From positions 43,152,001 to 43,216,000 of the forward strand of contig OX597826.1 of assembly GCA_951406725.2 (NCBI GenBank): 64,000 nucleotides of DNA, in the 5' to 3' direction. This document shows, one piece after another, positions 54,800-64,000 of this stretch (its first letter is position 1; each line of letters begins with the position of its first letter). The notes under the pieces are model-generated. The model made no database searches and had not been told where the DNA came from. It saw only the letters and a list, made by a program, of their open reading frames with translations. Both the position numbers and the translations under genes were made by a program. The DNA is from Octopus vulgaris. Lineage: Eukaryota.

Positions 54800-54891
54800 G
54801 CCCTTGCAAATACTGATAGGGCGCAGAAAGTGTGTCAATAGCCTATATGTATGTGTGTATGTATGTGTGTATGTACGTGTATATTTATATA

Positions 54892-56008
54892 CAATGTATG
54901 ATCAATAACTATTCGGACTGTTGCCGTAGTAACGCAGCTAAAGCACGCAGAGTGAAACCGTTTGGCAAAGATTGACTTTGAACTGTGTTATGCCTTCGCA
55001 CTAATGTTTCACGTTCAATCTATATGAGCCGCACACAAGTACACGAGTGGTTCAGACGTTTCCAAGCTGGACGAAAAAATGTCGATATTGACGAGCGTTC
55101 TGAGGGACCCGCAACCAGCAGAACTGAGAAAAAACATTGAAGATGTGCATGCATCATCATCATCATAATTGTTCGACCGTGGTCGAGACAATGGAATTTA
55201 CCATGCTACGCCAGACTTCACGGTCCATCATGGCATTACGGAGGTCCTGTTGCTGGATGCCTGTATCCCTGGAGATTACATCAGGGTAGGAGAGTGTGCG
55301 CCCTCTGGTATTGCGAGTAGATGGCTTCCAGAGGAGAAGAGTAGAAATTACTTCTTTTTCAGCTCTACAACAATGTCCAGCAAACTGGACTCTCCTACCT
55401 TTCACAAGAGATGACACAGGTGGTAGTTTCCCATATATTTGTACTTTGGTTGGATGGCGCTTCCACGAGAGATTTTGAGCTCTCATAAGGAGGCGAGTGT
55501 AGGTTCCATCCAACCGCCTCTCAAGTTTCTTTGATGTGCATGCAGCTGTGAGTAGAAATCGTGGAATCTACCATCTGAGTGTTACCGAGGATGTGCAGAT
55601 TAGTTACGGTTCAGTCCAGTCCATTATCACTAAAGATTGGGTTATGAGACAGGTGTCTGCCAAATTTCTGCGAAAAAACTGCTTTCCGCTGATAAAGAAG
55701 ATACTCGGGTTTCAGCTGCTCAAAATCTGCTCGAATGTGTCGAGAACGATGAAAATCTTTGAGAACTTTGCGTATTACTGTTATCATGTTTCCACCAAGC
55801 TTTTGGCAAAATTTGCTGCAGATTCTCTGCTCAGCTTTCTCTGTCATGTTCAATGTGACGATCACATGCTACACACCTTCCTTCCAAGCACAGCTGTAAA
55901 CAGTGGAAGTGAGCTAGAACGTTCAAGGTCAATCTGTGCCAAGCGGCTCTATTCTGCGTGCTTTAATTTCGTTACTATGGCAACAATCCGGATACTTATT
56001 GATCAGAC

Positions 56009-56010
<2 letters not shown>
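54892..56010. mobile_element. Non-autonomous mariner derivative with about 90-bp inverted ends, interrupted by an RTE LINE
   Basis: 54899-54985 is the inverse of 55918-56004. Transposase N-terminal fragments occur on both strands (plus: EWFRRF...SVQSIITKDWVMRQVSAKF; minus: MTEKAEQRICSKFCQKLG). Confidence 0.8.
55154..55532 (-). mobile_element. 5'-truncated RTE-clade LINE, young insertion
   Basis: Open frame KKLERRLDGTYTRLLMRAQNLSWKRH...RRVQFAGHCCR...MMDREVWRSMV, an (ATG)n tail and a perfect 12-bp TSD GATGTGCATGCA (55142-55153, 55533-55544). Confidence 0.92.
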
Positions 56011-56046
<36 letters not shown>

Positions 56047-56157
56047 CGTGTGTTTGTGTGTACGTATGTATGCGTATATATGTATGTGTATATATATGTG
56101 TATATGTATGTTTATATGTATGAATGTATATATGTATATATGTATATTTGTATGTAC

Positions 56158-56217
<60 letters not shown>

Positions 56218-56246
56218 ATATGTATATGTATGTGCATATGTGTGTA

Positions 56247-56277
<31 letters not shown>

Positions 56278-56438
56278 GTATATATTATATATATATATAA
56301 AAGAAATATGCTGAACTAGGCGATTTCACGATCTACAGACATTAATAATAAAATAGCTTGCATTCATTCATACATACATACATACATTGTTATCCATATG
56401 TATAAATAAATAAATAAATAAATAAATTATATATATAT

Positions 56439-56506
<68 letters not shown>

Positions 56507-56931
56507 ACGCAGACACACACACACTGTGTATTATGGGATAGTGGGATGGGACTACGTTGTTTTCTTTTTTTTTTTTTTCGTTTTGTAAGACGCTTGTAAA
56601 ATACAACAAAGCAAACTGTCTTTATTAAGAGATGTAAGTAGTAGAAGCGAAAGTGTGAAGACTAGTTATGCGTTTGTACCAAGACGACTAGCTGTCGTCC
56701 TATCATTAACTACACTCCTGTTATTCTAATAATCGTTCCATTTCGGAAGAAGAAGACATTAGTGAGATACTTATAATCTCTTCCATTAAATTCTTAATCG
56801 CGTTGATGTTCGGGACGTGAGGGCGCAGTTAGAAGATTTAAAGTCATTGAAAGATTAATGTACTTACTACCAAAATGGCCAGCTAGAGAAAGTACAAAAC
56901 CGACGAGGGTGTTTTTAAGTGGTCGTCAGAC

Positions 56932-57850
56932 TTGATCTGCTAGAAATAACAGCTAAATTCTCCTGGCGACCAGAGAACCTACGAACCAACGAACCAACGT
57001 GGGCGTTTTCTAAGTTGTCCTTGGATCTGGTCTGCTAGAAATAACAGCTAAATTCTCCTGGCGACCAGAGAACCTACGAACCGACGTGGGCGTTTTCTAA
57101 GTTGTCCCTGGATCTGGTCTGCTAGAAATAACAGCTAAATTCTCCTGGCGACCAGAGAACCTACGAACCAACGTAGGCGTTTTCTAAGTTGTCCTTGGAT
57201 CTGGTCTGCTAGAAATAACAGCTAAATTCTCTTGGCGACCAGAGAACCTACGAACCAACGTGGGCGTTTTCTAAGTTGTCCTTGGATCTGGTCTGCTAGA
57301 AATAACAGCTAAATTCTCCTGGCGACCAGAGAACCTACGAACCGACGTGGGCGTTTTCTAAGTTGTCCTTGAATCTGATCTGCTAGAAATAACAGCTAAA
57401 TTCTCCTGGCGACCAGAGAACCTACGAACCGACGTGGGCGTTTTCTAAGTTGTCCTTGGATCTGGTCTGCTAGAAATAACAGCTAAATTCTCCTGGCGAC
57501 CAGAGAACCCACGAACCAACGAACCAACGTGGGCGTTTTCTAAGTTGTCCTTGGATCTGGTCTGCTAGAAATAACAGCTAAATTCTCCTGGCGACCAGAG
57601 AACCTACGAACCAACGTGGGCGTTTTCTAAGTTGTCCCTGGATCTGGTCTGCTAGAAATAACAGCTAAATTCTCCTGGCGACCAGAGAACCTACGAACCA
57701 ACGAACCAACGTGGGCGTTTTCTAAGTTGTCCTTGGATCTGGTCTGTTAGAAATAACAGCTAAATTCTCCTGGCGACCAGAGAACCCACGAACCAACGTG
57801 GGCGTTTTCTAAGTTGTCCTTGGATCTGGTCTGCTAGAAAGAACAGCCAA
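56932..57850. repeat. Minisatellite, 87-bp unit (95-bp variant), about 10.5 copies
   Basis: GCTAGAAA recurs at 56939, 57034, 57121, 57208, 57295, 57382, 57469, 57564, 57651, 57746 (GTTAGAAA) and 57833. Confidence 0.95.
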
Positions 57851-58074
57851 AGCTTCCAGACGATCTGAGTAAGTACAAAACATCGAGGGCGTTTCTAGGT
57901 GTTCGTTTGACTTGATCAGCTTGAAACAACAGCCAAAATCTCCATTAAATTATATTAGTATTGTCTTAAAAATGTAGAATAAATTAAAGGCGTTGCATGA
58001 TATGGTCTTGGAAATTCCTGGCGTCGTATAAGCAAGGAGATGAATATACTCTCTTTTACGCTTTTGTTTGATCA

Positions 58075-59065
58075 GATGTTTGTTTCCCAACCGCTTGGTT
58101 TCGCATTTAGTCCACTGCGTGGCACATTTGGCAAGTGTCTTCTACTATAACCCCAAGCGGACCAAAGCTTTGTGATTGGCTTTGGTAGACAGAAACTGAA
58201 AGAAGCACGACGTCGCGTGTGTCTCTATGTGTGTGTCATTGGTAGACAGAAGCTGAAAGAAGCACGACGTCGTGTGTGTCTCTATGTGTGTGTCATTGGT
58301 AGACAGAAACTGAAAGAAGCACGACGTCGTGTGTGTCATTGGTAGACAGAAACTGAAAGAAGCACGACATCGTGTGTGTTATTGGTAGACAGAAACTGAA
58401 AGAAGCACGACGTCGTGTGTGTCTCTATGTGTGTGTCATTGGTAGACAGAAACTGAAAGAAGCACGACGTCGTGTGTGTCTCTATGTGTGTGTCATTGGT
58501 AGACAGAAACTGAAAGAAGCACCCGTCGTGTGTGTCTCTATGTGTGTGTCATTGGTAGACAGAAACTGAAAGAAGCACGACGTCGTGTGTGTCTCTATGT
58601 GTGTGTCATTGGTAGACAGAAACTGAAAGAAGCACGACGTCGTGTGTGTCTCTATGTGTGTGTCATTGGTAGACAGAAACTGAAAGAAGCACGACGTCGT
58701 GTGTGTCATTGGTAGACAGAAACTGAAAGAAGCACGACGTCGTGTGTGTCTCTATGTGTGTGTCATTGGTAGACAGAAACTGAAAGAAGCACGACGTCGT
58801 GTGTGTCTCTATGTGTGTGTCATTGGTAGACAGAAACTGAAAGAAGCACGACGTCGTGTGTGTCATTGTGTCCACCCAACCCTTTCCCCATCCCGCGACA
58901 ATCGGTGCTGGTTTGTTACGACTCCTTAACTTGGCGCGGTTCGGCAAAATAGGCGGATAGAATAGGTATCAGGTTTAAAAACACTAAGTACTGGGGAAGG
59001 ATCTACTTGACTAAGCTCTTCAAGCATGGTTACAGTCCAGTGACTGAAGCAATTAAAGGTTAAAA
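58075..59065 (+). mobile_element. SINE family A with an internally amplified 57-bp segment
   Basis: The head (58075-58200) and 3' half (58880-59065) flank the tandem array. Confidence 0.7.
58182..58868. repeat. Minisatellite, 57-bp unit (43-bp variant), 13 copies
   Basis: GGTAGACAGAAACTGAAAGAAGCACGACGTCGTGTGTGTC repeated in tandem. Confidence 0.95.
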
Positions 59066-59331
59066 AAAAATAAACTACGAACCACTGAAAGCTTTTCTAA
59101 GTGGTCTTTTGACCTGATCTGCTGGAAATGACAACCAAAATTTTCCCTTAAATTATATTCTTGCTGTCTTAAGACAGAGAATCAAAACTGAACGCGTTGC
59201 ACAGTGCGGTCTTGGGAAACCTTTGCATCATTTAAGCAAAAAAGGTTATTCGATGGTCATGTCACGGCTGGAATGTTTTTAGATCAGGGTTGAGCTGGGG
59301 CTAAACAACAACAGCGACAACATCGACAACT

Positions 59332-59527
59332 GTGGAGGTGCAATGGCCCAGTGGTTAGGGCAGTGGAATCGCGGTCATAAGAACGTGGTCTCGATTCCCA
59401 AACCGGGCATTGTGAGTGTTTATTGAGAAAAAACACCTAAGCTCCACGATGTTCCGGCGGGGGTGGGTGTTTGGGGTGAACCCCCGCCGTACTCTTTCAC
59501 CACAACTTTCTCTCACTCTTTCTTCCT
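59332..59527 (+). mobile_element. SINE family D, 5' half
   Basis: Aligns to the reverse of 48210-48397. Confidence 0.75.
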
Positions 59528-60054
59528 ACTTCTGCCACAAAGCAGAGGAACCATGGTGTAACCCATTATGGTGTGGTAAACTTTCAGACCCTAGTCTAAA
59601 TTGCGAATCCTCTGTACCCCAGGATGGTTCAGCTCTCCACCCGTTAAAAGCCACCGTTTACGGAATGAGGATAACAACGTAGCTTTCGCGCCCGTGCAAC
59701 CGCCAGTCTATCGCGTGTGGTGGGTGGATCTTCAAGTTTCCACACGCATTCTTAGTTGCTTAGAGTAGGCTCGAATTAGAGATTATTCTTTGTGGCTTTG
59801 TAGCTAATAGAAAAAGAAGACAGCTGTTGTTGCTGCTAGAGAAACTGCCTCAAATCGTGGGATATCTCGGTAAAATTGTATATCTAAATCAAGTTTAATA
59901 TATATGTGAGTGTAAAGGCGGCGAGCTGGTAGACTCGTTAGCTGGCCGGGAAAAATGTTTAGATGTATTTCGTCCGTCTTTACATTCTGAGTTTAAATTG
60001 TAATCGACTTACTCTCTTCTTCGAAATTGCTTGCCTTGTGCCAAAATTCGAAAT

Positions 60055-60089
<35 letters not shown>

Positions 60090-61567
60090 TGTGTTTCGTC
60101 TGTTGAATACATTGAACAAGTAGATGCATCAAAATGATCATTGATGACGAAATGGCAGACTTGTAAGAGCGTTATAGTATTTGTGTTGACATCTGTCGCT
60201 CTGAGTTCAAATCCCGCCGAGGTAAACGTTTCCTTTCTATCGTCGATAGCGAAGAAGAAAAACAAAAAAAGAAACTAAAACTATATCAATGCAAGGCAGT
60301 GGGTTGGCGGGACTGTAAGAACGTCGGGCTGGATGACTTGCGGACCTTTGCGTTGTGAGTTCAAACCCTACCGCAGTCTGTTTAGGTGGTAGATTAATCC
60401 CTCACCCGAATTTTACAACCATCACTTTGTACCCTGTGGGGGGTACCTTTAGCAGTGTCCACTTTATTGCAGGTCTACAAGTCGAGCCTTCAGTTTGAGG
60501 ATATCTTTCCCAGTAGTTTTGAAGGCACCGTGAATGGTCAAGAGCGCTGCCTTCTGTCGTGACTGAAAAATAAAAAAAAAAGAAAGAAAAGGAAAAAATA
60601 ATCACCCTTTTCCTAAAAAACAAAAAAAAAAAAAGGAAAAGAAAGAAGAACGTGTGACTTCGAGATTTTTTTTTTTTAATTTGCTGCTTCTATTTAGCTC
60701 TTCACAATTCCTGATTTCAAGACGAGGTGGCACCAACGTTGTCACCCAGGAATAAAAGAAAATTGAGTTTTATTTGAGGTGCTGGATCTCAGAGAGATTT
60801 TTAGAAATGATAAAAAAAAGTGAACGGCTGGCTTGAGGCAAATACGTGCTCGGAAAACGATTAAAAAGAAGAAGAAGAAAAAAAGCAAAATAAATAAAAT
60901 GATTGGATTATACTAATGCAGTGTTTAAAGTGGTGCAACTAATATCTGATTGAAGGTAAAACTGTGACAGTTGTTTGTGTTTGTGTTGAGAGTCACACAG
61001 AACGATTAACTGATAAGCTTTAACGAGTAGGAAAAGCAGGCGCGATCGTCGAATATGTGTGTGTGTGTGAGAGTATGTGAGTGTGCGTGTGTGCTTATGT
61101 ATCTCTCTCTCTCTCTCTCTATCTATTTATCTATCTATGTTTGCAGTACTCTAGCTTATGGTTTACAGGTGGTTGCTCAAAACCTGCTGTTTAACATTGT
61201 GTGTATTTACACCCGTCATCACAAGTTCAAAACAAACAACGGGGGGAAAAAATTTAAAAATAAACGAAAAGGGTAGAAAAAAAAATCAATTCTTTAAATA
61301 TGGAAAAAGAAGAAAAAAAAAAGCTATTTATTTATTTATTTATTTATTTATTCCGTTTCTTCTTTGTTCAAGCATCCGGTTTCTCGTTCAGCTTGCTATG
61401 ATGACATCACAGTGTCTTTGAGGAAAATTAAACAGTAGTACTATTGTATTTTTGAATTTTATAGTTGAAATTAATTTTTTTTTTTTTTTTGCTGTTGTTG
61501 CCCTCTGGTACGTTTGAAATTTAATATTTTTAAAGACTGGGAATTTGAAAGTGTGAAATTCATTCCC

Positions 61568-61616
61568 TTCTTCTTCTTCTTCTTCTTCTTCTTCTTCTTC
61601 TTCTTCTTCTTCTTCT
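61568..61616. repeat. (TTC)n microsatellite
   Basis: Direct reading. Confidence 0.95.
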
Positions 61617-62094
61617 CCTATCTCTCTCCCTTGAGTATTTAGCAAATACGTAAAGCGAAACAATTCTCCCAAACTGGGAATAGAAACCCAAATCGTACAC
61701 ACAGCTTGTTGAAAACATATATAACGTTCTTCTTTCTCTCGCCACCGCCACTTGAAGCTGTTTCACGCGTCTCCACGCCACTCGGCATCCCTCGCTTACA
61801 TGTTGCTTTGTAAATAAACTGAAATTTGAAAAAAAAAAATAAACAAACCAATATGAAAAAAAGCATATTTTTGATGACGATACAAACAGTTGCAATGTTA
61901 GTAAAGGTGATATTGCGTCTGGGAGTTGCTGTTGTTGGTCTATTTTATTAGCTTCAATCATCAAATTTATGTCTGTCTGAAAAGCAAATACGAACAGTGA
62001 GAAATAGCATTTACATTGATAAAAGATAAGCAATCAATTCGTTTGCTTTTAAAAACGAACTAATTCTTTTTTTTTTTTTTTAATTAGCGAGACA

Positions 62095-62294
62095 GAATGT
62101 GTGTGTGGGTGAGTGTACACATGTATGAATGCATGTGTTTATGAGAAGAGTGAGTGTGTGTATATGTGTATGCACATGTATCTGTACATGTATGTGAGTG
62201 TATTTGTATGCATGTGCATGGATGTGTTTGTGGGCGTACATATGTGTGTGTGTGGGTGTGTATGTGTGTGTGCGTGTGCGTGCGTGTGCGTATA

Positions 62295-62325
<31 letters not shown>

Positions 62326-63129
62326 GTATGAGCTGATGTGCATATATGTGAATGGATGTGCGTCAGTCTGTGAGCGCGTATGTGTCTGTGAGCGTGTGAG
62401 TGTATGTGTATGCATATGCGTATGTGAGTGTATGTGTATGCATATGCGTATGTGCGCGTGTATATATGTGTGTATCTGTGGAAGTATAACAGCGAATGTA
62501 TGTATCTGCATGAGTATAGTGTGTATGCGTATCTATACGAGTATAGGCGTGTGATATATAGATGCATTTGTATGTATGCATCTGTGTAAATATGTATGGG
62601 TATGTGTATGCATGTGTGTGAGTGAGATATATGCTTATGTATGAGTGCGTTTATATGAGTATGCCTATATGGGCGTATCTATGTGTATATCTGTATGAAT
62701 GTGTGTATATGCCTATGCCTGTGTGTGAGCGTATGTGTTTGTGTGTGTTCTGTGTATTTATATGTATGTATGTGTGAATGTATGTTTGTTGTGTGGTGTA
62801 TATGCTTGTGTGCGAGCACGTGTATACGTTTGTGAGTGTAAGCGTATGCATGTGTGTGTGTGAATGTAATATGTGCGTTTATCTGTATGAGTGTATGTGT
62901 GTTTGTTGTATGTGTGTATATGCTTGTGTGCGAGCACGTGTATACGTTTGTGAGTGTATGCGTATGCATGTGTGTGTGAATGTAATATGTGCGTTTATCT
63001 GTATGAGTTTATGTGTGTATGTGTATGCTTGCGTGTGAGTGTATGTATGTGTACGACCTTGTGTTTGTTTTTCAGTTTTGTGCGTACATATATGCGTGTG
63101 AAAATGTATGTGAATATCTGTGTGTCTGT

Positions 63130-63160
<31 letters not shown>

Positions 63161-63215
63161 CTGTTGTGTGTGTGTGTGTGTGTGTGTGTATGGATACGTG
63201 TGTATGCATGTATGT
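62095..63215. repeat. Low-complexity TG/TATG tract with an internal duplication of about 118 bp
   Basis: 62798-62892 is repeated at 62916-63008. Confidence 0.8.
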
Positions 63216-63573
63216 GCTACAATGCTGGAACACTGCTGGAGTTTTGGAATGTAACAAAAGCGAAAACCACTTCAATCAACAAAGGATGTCATTAATTGCT
63301 CGGAACATATGTAACCATGGTGATTTGTGGCTTGGGAGGAGAGACGGACGATAACGATGGCTGCCATAAAGGGAGATCGAATTACAGAAGAACAGGTGAT
63401 TTCATTTGAGAGCAGAAAGAATCTCAGTGTAACCGCTGATATAGCATAGCATAGTACATGAAATAGATGCAGACGATTTGTGATGACCGTGTCGGTGAAA
63501 TTGTCATTAAGCTATTTTGACAACGCAGAATTGCAGACAGAATTTTAACACAAATCAAGAACAAATCTTAATT

Positions 63574-63640
<67 letters not shown>

Positions 63641-64000
63641 CATATATTGGATTTTTTTCATTATTATTATTTTTTAAAGACGTTATTGTATTTCCTGAGA
63701 AGAACGATTAAAAGATTTTCCTGTGATAAAAATCAATACAGGTATTTTTATCCTTGTAATCTATTCATCTATTTATAAGAAATATCTCCTAAAACTCGAC
63801 ATTTTCGCTTTCATTGTAATTTTTGTTTATTTGTTGTGCTTACGAGCCTTCTTTTTCTACAAAAAAAAAAAAATGCTTCCAGCTGACGCAAACTGTCGTC
63901 TCTGTGACCCTGTTTCAAATCCCGATTGATGACATTTCTTGCTAATGCTCTCGAGATTGCATAATCCTTCTCTCTCTCTCTCCCTTTCTCACCCCTCCTC

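Noticed and set aside
56932-58868. CRISPR-like regular arrays (also 51820-52476)
   Set aside because: Units are head-to-tail with no unique spacers, there are no cas genes, and the context is eukaryotic.

Overview
This is eukaryotic, AT-rich DNA saturated with microsatellites. The SINE families and Fat sequence suggest a cephalopod (Octopus-like) genome, which is an inference. The only host gene is a Fat/FAT4-type giant cadherin on the minus strand: one 5.2-kb first coding exon (43239-38023, signal peptide plus about 16 cadherin repeats) followed by an intron in which I found no further exon down to position 1. The rest is repeats: four SINE families, RTE LINE fragments (one young, with a perfect 12-bp TSD), mariner relics, hAT and Merlin-type MITEs, Helitron-like elements, SINE-derived minisatellites and very long TA/CA tracts. 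The most interesting signal is a set of minimal type-I hammerhead ribozyme motifs of the Penelope-like element (PLE) kind, sitting in short inserts within (TA)n tracts. Two lie in long foldback hairpins, and one has a compensatory G3-C8 core swap. There is also a sharp CpG-depletion boundary near 8.4 kb. No CRISPR, rRNA or genuine tRNA gene was found. All alignments and folds were done by eye, so repeat coordinates are approximate.
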